Shown: piece after piece, positions 1 to 12,051 of the stretch
Position numbering within the stretch: the first letter of the stretch is position 1
Layout: every line of letters begins with the position of its first letter
Source: Squalus acanthias
Taxonomy: Eukaryota
NCBI GenBank assembly: GCA_030390025.1
Contig: CM059431.1
Span: forward strand, 102,116,001 to 102,180,000
Reading direction: 5' to 3'
Length of the DNA stretch: 64,000 nt
Notes under the pieces: generated by a model
The model's input: the letters and a program-made list of their open reading frames with translations, nothing else
What the model was told of the DNA's origin: nothing
The model's database searches: none
Position numbers and translations under genes: made by a program

Positions 1-543
1 AATCTGCTTAAACTACGTAAACTTGAGGTCATCCAAAACTCGGCTGCCCGTGTCCTAACTCGCACCAAGTCCCGTTCGCCCATCACCCCTGTGCTCGCTG
101 ACCTACATTGACTCCCAGTTAAGCAACGCCTCGATTTCAAAATTCTCATCCTTGTTTTGAAATCCCTCCATGTCCTCGCCCCTCCCTATCTCTGTAATCT
201 CCTTCAGCCCCACAACCTCCCCACGAGATATCTGCGCTCCTCTAATTCTGTCCTCTTGAGCATCCCTGATTATAATCGTTCAACCTTTGGTGGCCGTGCC
301 TTCTGCTGCCTAGGCTCTAAGCTCTGGAATTCCCTGCCTAAACCTCTCCGCCTCTCTACCTCTCTTTCCTCCTTTAAGACGCTCCTTAAAACCTACCTCT
401 TTGACCAAGCTTTTGGTCACCTGCCCTAATTTATCCTTATGTGGCTCGATGTCAAATTTTTTGTCTTAAAATACTCCTGTGCAGTGCCTTGGGACGTTTT
501 ACTATGTTAAAGGCGCTATATAAATACAAGTTGTTGTTGTTGC
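1..543 (+). mobile_element. L2-clade LINE 3' fragment
   Basis: KLEVIQNSAARVLTR..RYLRSS..GGRAF..KLWNSLP remnant; ends aaaggcgctatataaatacaag(ttg)n. Confidence 0.85.
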
Positions 544-544
544 T

Positions 545-750
545 GCTTCCAGCACCCTTTCAGGCAGTGAATTCCAGATCACAACAACTCGCTGCGTAAA
601 AAAATTCTCCTCATCTCCTCCTCTGGTTCTTTTGCCAATTACCTTCAATCCGTGTCCTCTGGTTACCGACCCTCCTGCCAATTGGAAACAGTGTCTCCCT
701 ATCCACTCCATCAAAACCCCTCATAATTTTTGAACGGCTCTTATTAAATT
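545..750 (-). mobile_element. CR1 LINE fragment
   Basis: TRGHGLKVIGKR..FFTQRVVVIWNSLP, the CR1 ORF2 C-terminal motif. Confidence 0.8.
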
Positions 751-932
751 GAATTTCCTGCCCAGTGTTTTGCCCTGGAACTCATTGCTTGTCAGAATTT
801 TGAAAGCACGGAGTTGGACACAAGATTTATTTTAACGGCCATGGAATTCATTGACATTTGTCTTTAAATCTGCACGTGTGTCACATTGTCAAGAGATTCA
901 GATGTACACTTTTATCTTGAGATGGCTTGTAC

Positions 933-1096
933 CTCCACAGCAATACTATAATCCACCATTGAAACACTGGTGTTTCTGTGCCAGCAGACGTGCATTGTGG
1001 TATTGCCACGATGGGGCGATTGTCTCTCAAGCGATGTCCTTGAGGCACTTAGATCATCTTCAGATTCCTGCTCTACAGATGTCTCATCGGACGACT
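933..1096 (-). CDS. FARP1: FARP1 coding exon (inter-PH region; about exon 24 by human numbering)
   Basis: ttctttag|AG TCG...GTG GAG|gtacaa; 164 nt, phase 1 to 0; (K)SSDETSVEQESEDDLSASRTSLERQSPHRGNTTMHVCWHRNTSVSMVDYSIAVE matches FARP1. Confidence 0.95.
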
Positions 1097-1676
1097 CTAA
1101 AGAATTGATTGAAAAGTCCTTTAAAAATTCACAATAATCCAGGGACATTGTCAACCTCTAGGCAAACTTCCGTCTAAATCAACGAGAGACATTAAGATCA
1201 GGAAAAAAAAAAAACGGTTAAAGGATCTTGGAGACACATCATCGCAAAAACGTAAAATTCAAGAGGGAGATGCAGCTGCCGGGTTTGGTCAGCTACAGCG
1301 TGAGCAAAGATATCCTGGCGTTCGGAGTCCATCGGTAGCTTTCGATTGCACCTAGATTTGAGGCTGAAATTTGAAACTAATTGAATGGCTTCAAAGCAGG
1401 AGAATGATCCTTTATTTAAAAAAAAATGAAATTTGAATTATTAAAAAGCAGAACTATTTTAACAAACCGCATAACTATCTATGTGGTGTTAAATAAACAT
1501 GTGGCGGGGTTGGGGGTCAAGATATATAGATTTTTGAATATTAAGGGAATCAAGGAATATGGGGATAGGGCGGGAAAGTGGAGTTGAGGTAGAAGATCAG
1601 CCGTGATCTCACTGAATGGCGGAGCAGGCTCGAGGGGCTGAATGGCCTCCTCCTGTTCCTGTGTTCCTAACACTAT

Positions 1677-2830
1677 GGCTGGAATATTCCCCGTAAAAAA
1701 AAAGGTGGGTTTGGAGCTTGGGGGCAGTTAAAGTTTTAAAAATGGATTCCTGACCTTGACCCCGCCTCCAATCCGCCCACTTCTGGTTTTACAGGGGGGC
1801 GGGGACAAGGGGCGGGCGACCAACCCGCTCCCAGGGGGCGGGATATCAATTTAAATATTGTAATGAGGCTGCAGGCCTCTTTTTCCCCCCCCGGTCCATT
1901 TTGTGTTTAACTGCCTGTGGACGGATTGCACACAATTCGTGAAACCCGGCAGTTAAGCCGAGGCAGGGACTGCTGCATCCAGGAGGTAAGTGGCTTTAGA
2001 CCCACTGCCTGGATCCAGGGTCCCGACCATACCCACCCCCCGCGATCGGAGACCCCCCCCTCCGCCGGCCTTCGATCACCTCCCCCCGCCCCAACGATGA
2101 TGCTGAGACCGGCCACCGTCTCCACCAGTGGCCAGCCCCGATCCTCACTCCTCCCCCCCCGACCCCCGGCCGAGCCCCCCACTTAGTGAACCCCGACTCC
2201 TGCCGATGTTCTCTCCCCCCTCCTGATCCCCGCCCCCTGCCGATGCTCTCTCCCCCCTCCCCCCCTGAACCCTGCCGATGCTCTCTCCCCTCCTCCCCTC
2301 TCCCCCCTGACCCCTGCCGATGCTCTCTCCCCCCTCCCTCCGACCCCTACCGATGCTCTTTCCCCCTCCCCCCCTGACCCCTGCCGATGCTCTCTTCCCC
2401 CTCCCCCCGACCCCTGCCGATGCTCTCTTCCCCCTCCCCCCGACCCCTGCCGATGCTCTCTCCCCCCTCCCCCCCCTGAACCCTGCCAATGCTCTCTCCC
2501 CCCCGACCCCTACCGATGCTCTCTCCCCCCTCCCCCCCGACGCTCTCTCCCCCCTCCCCCCGATCCCTGACCCCTCCCAATTACCGATCACCTCCTCCCG
2601 CGATCCCTCCCCCGGACCGGCCCCTCGCTTCTGAGGCCTACCTGTCCGCAGCCAGCCAGCCTCTCAATCTGGCTGGCTGCAGGTGAGAATCCGAGGCCTC
2701 GCATGCAAATCAGGCCCTGCCGTTAAAGTCGGCACGGCCTGCGGGAAACCCTGCACCCTCCCGGGTTTCCCGCCTGCCTCGGAGCCTGTCCACCCGCCCC
2801 CAACCCGCCTACCTGGGGAAAATTCCGGCC
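1677..2830. mobile_element. Putative non-autonomous DNA transposon (MITE-like)
   Basis: Left end ggctggaatattcccc; reverse complement of right end ggccggaattttcccc (14/16 match); GC-rich non-coding interior; TSD not clear. Confidence 0.55.
2195..2575. repeat. C-rich minisatellite, about 30-bp unit
   Basis: Repeated gacccctgccgatgctctct(c/t)cccc(c)tccccc. Confidence 0.9.
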
Positions 2831-3546
2831 TACGTGCCAAAAATGGTCAAATGTTCCGTTCCTCGGCATTGTTCAGTACCAAAAAAAAGGCCCTTTCTAA
2901 TGTGGCAGATGGTACAATGGGCATATCATTCACAAGCCTGTGAGTGAACTTCAAAACAAGATAGGCAGCCTTGACTGGTAACCATGGGAATCCAGGGATC
3001 TCGAAGGCGCGGGGCAAAGGCTACAGGAATAACCTCACACCTGGTCCAGCAAATCAGCTGGAAGCTGAATTCTGGCACCCACACGCCTGGGACTTGAACT
3101 TGGGATCATTTTCTCAAGCAGTCGGTAGCCAGCCAATAGTTTCCTTTTTCACAGACTCCGAATCAATTACAGTATTGTGCAATGATGGCTGAAGGATGAA
3201 AAGAAAGAGTTCATAAAACATTTTACAGGGGCGTTGTATTTACGGAGAGGCATTTCCCGAACCTAGCCATGCTTTCACACAATAGCCCCAAATTACAGAA
3301 TTCTGTCTCATTCTGAGATCATTATATTGCACATTATGCTCTCAGGCGCTGTGACTATCAGGTTGGTTCGTCTGCCAATGATGGCCTCTTCAAAAGAAAT
3401 TCAACCTAATGTGCACAAATCAGAGATTCAAAAATGGGGGCTATTATTTTATTGTAGATTTCAGTGAAGTCCAAGGAAAAACCTGGACTAGTGAACACCA
3501 GCTCAAAAAGTAGCTAAGAATTGGTTTTGGCGTAGAATTCACTTAC

Positions 3547-3665
3547 TATTGGGTCCATCACTAGGGCTGGGAGTCATCAGTTCACTGGTTGATCCATTGC
3601 ATTGCTGGGCAAGATCAATCGCCATCTGCAAATCCTCAATCCATTTGTCCATCTCTACCCGTGCA
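3547..3665 (-). CDS. FARP1: FARP1 coding exon (end of PH1)
   Basis: ttttccatcag|T GCA CGG...CCC AAT A|gtaagt; 119 nt, phase 2 to 1; ARVEMDKWIEDLQMAIDLAQQCNGSTSELMTPSPSDGPN with the PH C-terminal helix Trp. Confidence 0.93.
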
Positions 3666-3899
3666 CTGATGGAAAAAAGTTAAGACGTGCAATTTCGTTC
3701 AAATTGGGTGCAAACTGCAACTGGTGATCATGAACTTTAGAAGTCTTGTAGATAGCTTGCACCTCCTGTCCATTAAACACTTTACTTCCTGTGTCACACC
3801 TGGGAATTACTTTTAACCCATAACAAACTGCAAGGTGTGTATACTTAGCATTACAACTTGCCTTTCATTCATTGAGCTCGGCTGTGAAGTTAACCCCCT

Positions 3900-4347
3900 T
3901 TTTTTTATTTATTCATTTACGGGATGTGGGCGTCGCTGGCAAGGCCCAGCATTTATTGCCCATCCCTAACTGCCCTCGAGAAGGTGGTGGTGAGCCGCCT
4001 TCTTGAACCGCTGCAGTCCGTGTGGTGAAGGTTCTCCCACAGCGCTGACTTTGTTGTAGCGGCTCGCTCGGCCATTTCAGAGGGCAGTTAAGAGTCAACC
4101 ACATTGCTGTGGGTCTGGAGTCACATATGGGCCATATAGACGGCAGATTTCTTCCCTAAAGGACATTAGTGAACCAGATGGGTTTTTACGACAGTCCGGT
4201 AGTTTAATAGTCACCATTACTGATACTCGCATTTTAATTCCAGATTGATTTAGTTAACTGAATTTAAATTCCCCCTCAGTGGTGGGATTTGAACTTGCGT
4301 CTCTGGATTACTAGTCCAGTAAAATAACCATCATGCTACCGTACCCC
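3900..4347 (-). mobile_element. tRNA-derived SINE (family 2) with jockey-group LINE 3' tail
   Basis: Minus strand has an A-box-like tagcatgatgg, B-box gttcaaatcc and 3' end gcgacgcccacatccc..gaataaa(a)n shared with the LINE at 35065-35630. Confidence 0.75.
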
Positions 4348-4539
4348 TTGCCAGACTCACATGAAAAATGGTCACTTGGGAAAGAGTCAAGAGGGTTTCT
4401 GGTGCTTGTGCAACAGTAACCCAGCACAGGCCTCTACTTCAAGGACTGAAGAGGGTATGGAAAGAAAATTGGGGGGATTTTTTGAAAATTAATTAATTAT
4501 TAAATAGACTTCCTGCATAAGTCTGGCAAACTGATACGT

Positions 4540-5010
4540 GGATTTACCAGAATGATACCTGGGCTCCAGGGGTTAAGTTACGAGGAGAGATTACTCAAAC
4601 TAGGGTTGTATTCCCTGGAATTTAGAAGGTTAAGGGGTGACCTGATCGAAGTTTTCAAGATATTAAGGGGAACGGATGGGGTAGATGGAGAGAAACTATT
4701 TCCGCTGGTTGGGGAGTCTAGGACGAGGGGGCATAGTCTAAAAATTAGAGCCAGGCCTTTCAGGAGTGAAATTAGGAAACACTTCTACACACAAAGGGTG
4801 GTGAAGTTTGGAACTCTCTTCCACAAACGGCAATTGATGCTAGATCAATTGTTAATTTTAAATCTGAGATTGATAGATTATTGTTAACCAAAGGTATTAA
4901 AGGTTATGGGACAAAGGTGAAAATATGGAGTTAGGTCACAGATCAGCCACAATCTCATTGAATGGCAGAACAGGCTCGAGGGGCTGAATGGCCTCCTCCT
5001 GTTGCTATGT
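4540..5010 (+). mobile_element. CR1 LINE 3' fragment
   Basis: MIPGLQGLSYEERL..LEFRRLRGDLIEVFK..TRGHSLK; 3' UTR ggctcgaggggctgaatggcct. Confidence 0.9.
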
Positions 5011-5585
5011 GTCGATGATACTGTTTCCTTTGCAAGGTATTCCGTTCCATTTGCAAGTGCTTCATGTGTTCACGGAGTCCCTTTACTCTGCCCTTCACAT
5101 AAAGTCATTCATTATTCTTCCAGCTAAATGAATTGGGTTGGAGTGGGGTCACCTTAAGATGACAGCTCATCAGCTCCAGAAATTACAGCTGTAACAACCC
5201 CAGAGATGTCGATCTTTCCGGCTTGATCACACATACTTGCTACAAAATGGAAAGCAAGCCCATCGTCCGAGACGTAACGTTACTCAGATAACAATCGAAG
5301 TATTAGGCTGGTTACCAGCCAGCAAACACGCTTGTACTCGCTGCCTCAATTGAAATTAAATTAAATGGCCGACATATCTAAACCTAATGTGTAGTGTTTG
5401 TGTTAACAGCTCAGAACTGAACTTTCCAAAGCTGGCCAATGTGAGATTTTTCTGATGTCCACGTTGTCCAGATTGGTCTACATTTTGAGCTTGTGTGCTC
5501 TGTGCTTCTCGATGTACATGAAAATGCTCTGGAGAGACCGGGCGTAAAATCTAAATGTATCCACGCACAGGAATGGTCAACACGA

Positions 5586-7213
5586 GTTGGGACGTTGCGT
5601 AGTTGGGACGTGGTGCAGTTGGGACGGGGTGCAGTTGGGACGGGGTGTAGCCGGGACGGGGTGCAGTTGGGACGGGGTGTAGCCGGGACGGGGTGTAGCC
5701 GGGACGGGGTGCAGTCGGGACGGGGTGTAGCCGGGACGGGGTGTAGCCGGGACGGGGTGCAGTTGGGACGGGGTGCCAGTTGGGACGGGGTGCAGTTGGG
5801 GACGGGGTGCAGTTGGGACGGGGTGTAGTTGGACGGGGTGTAGTTGGGACGGGGTGTAGTTGGGACGGGGTGTAGTTGGGACGGGGTGCAGTTGGGACGG
5901 GGTGTAGTCGGGACGGGGTGTAGCCGGGACGGGGTGTAGCCGGGACGGGGTGCAGTTGGGACGGGGTGCAGTTGGGACGGGGTGTAGTTGGGACGGGGTG
6001 TAGTTGGGACGGGGTGTAGTTGGGACGGGGTGTAGTTGGGACGGGGTGTAGTCGGGACGGGGTTAAGCCGGGACGGGGTGCAGCCGGGACGGGGTGCAGT
6101 TGGGACGGGGTGCAGTTGGGACGGGGTGTAGTTGGGACGGGGTGTAGTTGGGACGTGGTGTAGCCGGGACGGGGTGTAGCCGGGACGGGGTGTAGTTGGG
6201 ACGGGGTGTAGTTGGGACGGGGTGTAGCCGGGACGGGGTGCAGTTGGGACGGGGTGTAGTTGGGACGGGGTGTAGCCGGGACGGGGTGCAGTTGGGACGG
6301 GGTGCAGTTGGGACGGGGTGTAGTTGGGACGGGGTGTTAGTTTGGACGTGGTGTAGCCGGGACGGGGTGTAGCCGGGACGGGGTGTAGTTGGGACGGGGT
6401 GTAGTTGGGACGGGGTGTAGCCGGGACGGGGTGTAGCCGGGACGGGGTGTAGCCGGGACGGGGTGCAGTCGGGACGGGGTGTAGCCGGGACGGGGTGTAG
6501 CCGGGACGGGGTGCAGTTGGGACGGGGTGCAGTTGGGACGGGGTGTAGCCGGGACGGGGTGTAGCCGGGACGGGGTGCAGTTGGGACGGGGTGCAGTTGG
6601 GACGGGGTGTAGCCGGGACGGGGTGCAGTCGGGACGGGGTGCAGTCGGGACGGGGTGTAGTCGGGACGGGGTGTAGTCGGGACGGGGTGTAGTCGGGACG
6701 GGGTGCAGCCGGGACGGGGTGCAGTTGGGACGGGGTGCAGTTGGGACGGGGTGCAGTTGGGACGGGGTGTAGTTGGGACGGGGTGCAGTTGGGACGGGGT
6801 GCAGCCGGGACGGGGTGTAGCCGGGACGGGGTGTAGCCGGGACGGGGTGTAGTTGGGACGGGGTGTAGTTGGGACGGGGTGTAGTTGGGACGGGGTGTAG
6901 TTGGGACGGGGTGTAGCCGGGACGGGGTGCAGCCGGGACGGGGTGCAGTTGGGACGGGGTGCAGTTGGGACGGGGTGTAGTTGGGACGGGGTGTAGCCGG
7001 GACGGGGTGTAGTTGGGACGGGGTGTAGTTGGGACGTGGTGTAGCCGGGACGGGGTGTAGCCGGGACGGGGTGTAGTTGGGACGGGGTGTAGTTGGGACG
7101 TGGTGTAGCCGGGACGGGGTGAAGTTGGGACGGGGTGTAGTTGGGACGGGGTGTAGTTGGGACGGGGTGTAGTTGGGACGGGGTGCAGTTGGGACGGGGT
7201 ACAGTTGGGACGC
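5586..7213. repeat. G-rich 16-bp minisatellite, about 100 copies
   Basis: Unit GGGACGGGGTG(T/C)AG(TT/CC/TC). Confidence 0.97.
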
Positions 7214-7239
7214 ATGAAAGCTAACTTCTGTTACAGCAA

Positions 7240-7680
7240 TATCAGGAAAGGATGAACAGGCTGGGTCTCTTTTCTCTTGAAAAGAGAAGGCTGAGGGGTG
7301 ACCTAATAGAGGTCTTTAAAATTATGAAAGGTTTTGATAGAGTGGATACAGAGAGAATGTTTCCACTTGTGGGGAAGAGCAAAACTAGAGGCCATCAATA
7401 CAAGATAGTCACCAAGAAATCCAATAGGGAATTCAGAAGAAACTTCTTTACCCAGAGAGTGGTGAGAATGTTGAAATCGCTACCACAGGGAGTGGTTGAA
7501 GTGAATCGTATGGATGCATTTAAGGGGAGGCTAGACAAGCATATGAGGGAGAAGGGAATAGAGGGTTATGCTGATAGAGTTAGATGAGGAAAGACGGGAG
7601 GAGGCTTGAGTGGAGCATAAACACCGGCATGGACTGGTTGGGCCGAATGGCCTGTTTCTGTGCCGTATATCCTATGTAAT
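7240..7680 (+). mobile_element. CR1 LINE 3' fragment
   Basis: RLGLFSLEKRRLRGDLIEVFK..TRGHQYK..FFTQRVV; same subfamily as 25680-26335. Confidence 0.9.
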
Positions 7681-8236
7681 AAGAGATCAATATGATCAGC
7701 AATTTGAGAACGACACAGTGACAGATTTGGGGGGATTTTTAGACCATTTTTCCATATGAAAGAAATTTGGAACAAGAGAGTTCATTTTAATTTCGGTTTT
7801 TTTTTTAAAGCAAAACACACTCACATGGGTTTAGAAAAAAGATGGCAACTGGACAAAAGATGGCTAACACGCTAATGGGAGCTCTTTGCCCCAAAGACTG
7901 TAAACAGTAAGCAATTGGTTAGCGCATTTCAGTAATCAAAGAGCACCTCGCGCTCATTGCCTTGGCAACTCTCTGTGGTTCCCGGTGCTCGGCCGGGGGT
8001 GTTTGGCAAGCCGCCTTCTTCTTCTGTGGAAAAAGGGCAGATAAGACGGGGATCGAGACACAGAAAGTCCGTGTTTTTTTTTTGAAGCAGTACGCTGTGA
8101 GGCAGTCAGGCCCAACAGAGTCCGAGACTAAGAGGGTCAGACCTGCAGGAGGACGGTCGGAAGTCACCTTGTTTAAGTCAGGTAAGATAGATCCGCAGAC
8201 GTTGGGAAGCGTGGCGTGTTCTTTATTTTCGTATTA

Positions 8237-8493
8237 CAGTAAACTCTTGTTTAAACGGCATTTAATCATCCGGAATACTTTAATAACCGGCAAAATAGAT
8301 AACCGGTAATCTTGCCGAATCCATCCAGCACTCGTTTTGCCGAGTCCGAGTCTCCCGCGGTGGCCGAGTTAGTCAGTGGTGATGGTGAGTGGAAAAGCAG
8401 CACCGTGGTAGGTATACCTCTCTGTTATCCAGAATTTTTCATCAATCGGCACCATCCTGGTCTCATAGGTGCCGGATAAGAAAGAGTTTACTG
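8237..8493. mobile_element. Tc1/mariner-superfamily (pogo/Tigger-like) MITE
   Basis: TA|CAGTAAACTCTTgtTTAaaCGGCA...TGCCGgaTAAgaAAGAGTTTACTG|TA; 24-bp TIR (20/24) with TA duplication. Confidence 0.85.
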
Positions 8494-8872
8494 TACTATG
8501 CGAAGATAAGTTGCAGTGATTGAATGAAGTGAGTCCAATCATAGTCTCTCTGTCCTGTATGTTTCCCTTTACTGAGAAACAAAGCAGCTTATTAATTCAT
8601 ATCGGGCCTCGCCTCACAAGGTATTTGACCAGCCTGCCTTTGGGGAGACTGAAGAATCGCCCGTGCAAAATTCAGAAATATCTCGTTCAATTCGCAAGGG
8701 GGTACGATTGTTACACTATGTGTTCTGCTAGCAGACAAGTAGACATAGATAGGATAGTGTGAGCCAAGTCCCAGTAAAAAAAAACTGTTCCAACTGCTTA
8801 GGAAGCAACTGAGTTCATCGGATCTTAAAAGATACGCAAGACACCTGTCAATTTACCTGTTTCTAAAAAAAT

Positions 8873-9335
8873 AAAGACTTGCATTTCTATAGCGCCTTTC
8901 ATGACCACCAGACATACCAAAGCGCTTTACAGCCAATTAAGTACTTTTTTTGGAAGTATAGTCACTGTTGTAATGTAGGAAACGCGGCAGCCACTTTACG
9001 CAGCACAGCAAGCTCCCACAAATAGCAATGTGATAATGACCAGATCATCTGTTTTAGTGATGTTGGTTGAGGGATAAATGTTGGCAAGGACACCGGGGAG
9101 AACTCCCCTGCTCTTCTTCGAAATAGTGGCCGTGGGATCTTTTACATCCACCTGAGAGAGCAGACGGGACCTCGGTTTAACATCTCATCCGAAAGACGGC
9201 ACCTCCGACAGTGCGGCACTCCCTCAGTACTGCACTGGGAGTGTCAGCCTAGATTTATGTGCTCGAGTCTCTGGAGTGGGACTCGAACCCACAACCTTCT
9301 GACTCAGAGGCGAGGTGCTACCCACTGAGCTGACA
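8873..9335 (-). mobile_element. Deu-domain tRNA-derived SINE (SacSINE1/AmnSINE1-related)
   Basis: tRNA head with B-box ggttcgagtcc; Deu-like core ttcggatgagatgttaaaccgagg..aaagatcccacgg..gaagaagagcagggga; L2-like 3' end aaaggcgctatagaaatgcaagtc. Confidence 0.85.
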
Positions 9336-9572
9336 CAAATGCAAGACTAAAAGTGGTTTAAGTACAAAAGCAAATTCCGCCGTGTGGCAGGGTATACTGT
9401 ACGTACAAGGATTGCGAAGGAATGGGCTAGGTGGGCCAAATGGTCTTTTACATGCTTTTATGCTCCTACATTCGTAGAGTTCAATTACTTCGGAACTATG
9501 ATTGTGCACCTACTTTAGTTTAATAAGGCAGCAAGCTCGAAGAATTATAATCTGAAGGAAGCGAAACCCTAC

Positions 9573-9655
9573 CTTGCAGCCACTACGATGGACTGCCGTT
9601 GTGCGTTGAGAGTGAAACAGTGAGGGACTGACCACTCATCCTCACTTTCTTCAAT
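9573..9655 (-). CDS. FARP1: FARP1 coding exon (PH1)
   Basis: ttttttag|ATT GAA...GCA AG|gtaggg; 83 nt, phase 0 to 2; IEESEDEWSVPHCFTLNAQRQSIVVAA(S). Confidence 0.94.
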
Positions 9656-9841
9656 CTAAAAAGGAAAAGATGGAAACCTTAAATACATGGAGCCTTTATG
9701 TCAAACGAATAGCGCTAGAATTGAAAGAAATCTTACCCAGAGTTAAAAAAGAGTGCAGGAAATCTGAAATAAAAACAAAAAAAAAAATCTGCCAGAAGTG
9801 AGCAGCTGGTCCTGATGAAGGATCCCACTGAAATTGTTAGT

Positions 9842-10297
9842 CATAAGAAATAGGAGCAGGAGTCGGCCATTCGGCCCCTCGAGCCTGCTCCACCATTCAA
9901 TAAGATCATGGCTGATCTTCGACCTCAACTCCACTTTCCTGCATTGTCCTCATATCCCTTGATTCCCGTAATATTCAAAAATCTATCGATCTCTGTCTTG
10001 AATATACTCAACGACTGAGCCTCCACAGCCCTCTGGGGTAGAGAATTCCAAAGATTCACCACCCTCTGAGTGAAGAAATTTCTCCTCCTCTCAGTCCTAA
10101 ATGGCCGACCCCTTATCCTGAGACTGTGACCCCTGGTTCTAGACTCCCCAGCCAGGGGAAACATCCTCCCTGCATCTACCCTGTCAAGCCCTGTAAGAAT
10201 TTTGTATGTTTCAATGAGATCACCTCTCATTCTTCTAAATTCTAGAGAATATAGGCCTAGTCTACTCAATCTGTCCTCATAGGACAATCCCCCCAGC
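9842..10297 (-). mobile_element. CR1 LINE 3' fragment
   Basis: GLSYEDRLSRLGLYSLEFRRMRGDLIETYK..WNSLPQ plus CR1 tail. Confidence 0.9.
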
Positions 10298-10454
10298 CTG
10301 TCTTTGGTATCCAGATGGCGACGAGCTTGTACATTTATAGCTTTGTATTGAGCAGTGGTGCTAATGTTGGTTTTTCTGTTGAGCTTCATGGTGAGGCTTC
10401 CAACTATTTCCCCCACATCTTATAATAGGAACACCCTTTTGAGCCAGGCTATAG

Positions 10455-10610
10455 GACTGAAATAACAACAGAAAACACTGGAAACACTCAGCAGGCCAGG
10501 TAGCATCCGTGGAGAGAGAAACAGAGTCAACGTTTCAGGTCGAAGACCTTTCGTCAGAACAGGAAAAAGCTAGAGATGTAACAGATATTAAGCAGGTGCA
10601 GAGACAGGGA
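10455..10610 (-). mobile_element. Penelope-like element terminal fragment with minimal hammerhead ribozyme core
   Basis: Minus strand gttCTGACGAaAGGTCttcGACCTGAAACGTTgac, then tctgtttctctctccacggatgct..ctgctgagtgtttccag. Confidence 0.7.
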
Positions 10611-12051
10611 GGGAGTGGGGGTGGGGGGGTGGTGGTGGGAGGGGAGGAAGGAATTGAAGAGCCCACTTGCGGGGGAGACCAGAACTAGGGGCCATCAATA
10701 TAAGAAAGTCACTAATAAATCCAATAGGGAATTCAGGAGAAACTTCTTCACCCAGAGAGTGGTTAGAATGTGGAACTCGCTACCACAGGGAGTGGTTGAG
10801 GCAAATAGTATAGATGCATTTAAGAGGAAGTTGGATAAACACAGGAGGGAAAAGGAAATAGAAGGTTATATGTTGATAACTGACCCTCCCACCAGTAGAA
10901 GCAGTTTCTCTCTATTTTCTCTATCAAAACCACTCGTAATTTTGAACACCTCAATTGAATCTCCCCTTAACCTTCTCTGCTCTAAGGAGAACAACCCCAG
11001 CCTCTCCAGTCTCTCCAAATAACTGATGAGTTGCCAACATTGCTGACATATCACATGACAGAGAACACTGATCAGCAAACAGAAATGGCAAATTAATGCA
11101 AATTAACAATCCCATAGGATACAATGAGTAAGTGATGAGAATGTGGAACAGGGAGTGGTTGAGGCGAATAGCATAGATACATTTAAGGGGAAGCTGGATA
11201 AACACATGAGGGAGAAAGGAATAGAAGGATATGCTGATAGGGTGAGATGAGGTAGGGGTGGGAGGAGGCTCGTGTGGACCAGTTGGGCCGAATGGCCAGT
11301 TTCTGTAATATTCCTAGAATTCTACTTGAATTCAAAAGTGCGGCAAATATTATTTGATCTGCTAATGTCTCTTGCGGCCTCCATTGATTACATTCTTAAC
11401 AAAGTCCATAGGATGATTAAATCCTTGATTTTTAATTAGTTCCTTGTTCCTTATTGCAGCATGTTGGAGACTAAGGACACATCAGACCAACTTGCCCTCT
11501 GGTCCTGCCCAAAATTGGGTGCGATATCGGTGGAAAAGGAGTTAAAACTGGGTGGCAGAGCCTACTGCTGTCTTCTTGTCCCCCGAAACTAAATTTCTCT
11601 TCCTCTCCCCCACCCTCGCTGGCTGACCTTTCCCGCCCGCTCGCCCACACGGAAATGCCAGTGGGAGTGAGAAACCTGGGGTCCTGTCCCATTGTCCTCC
11701 TGTCCGGTCCTGCCCCTCCCCGGGATCGCCCGGTCGAAGATGGCGGCAGGCCGAGGGTAGCAGGGGGGTTAACAGCCTTGAACTCTGCGACTGGGGAGAG
11801 AAAAGGAAGAAAGAGAAAAGAAAGAAAAGAAAGAACTTGCATTTCCCTCGCGTCTCTCACAAGCTCAGGACCTGGTTGGGAGCCAGGGTTGCCCACTCTG
11901 GTTGGACAGGTTTCATCACCATGACCTCCCCCGCCCCACCCGGTCATCAGGATTTTTTTCGCCACCTCCCATGTTTTTATAACTAGTAAATAACAGTGTT
12001 GAAAGAAAATGGAAAATGAACACAACTTTATTTTAATGCCCCGATGATTTT

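Noticed and set aside
6337..7215. 292-aa Pro-rich ORF
   Set aside because: It is a translation of the 16-bp minisatellite.
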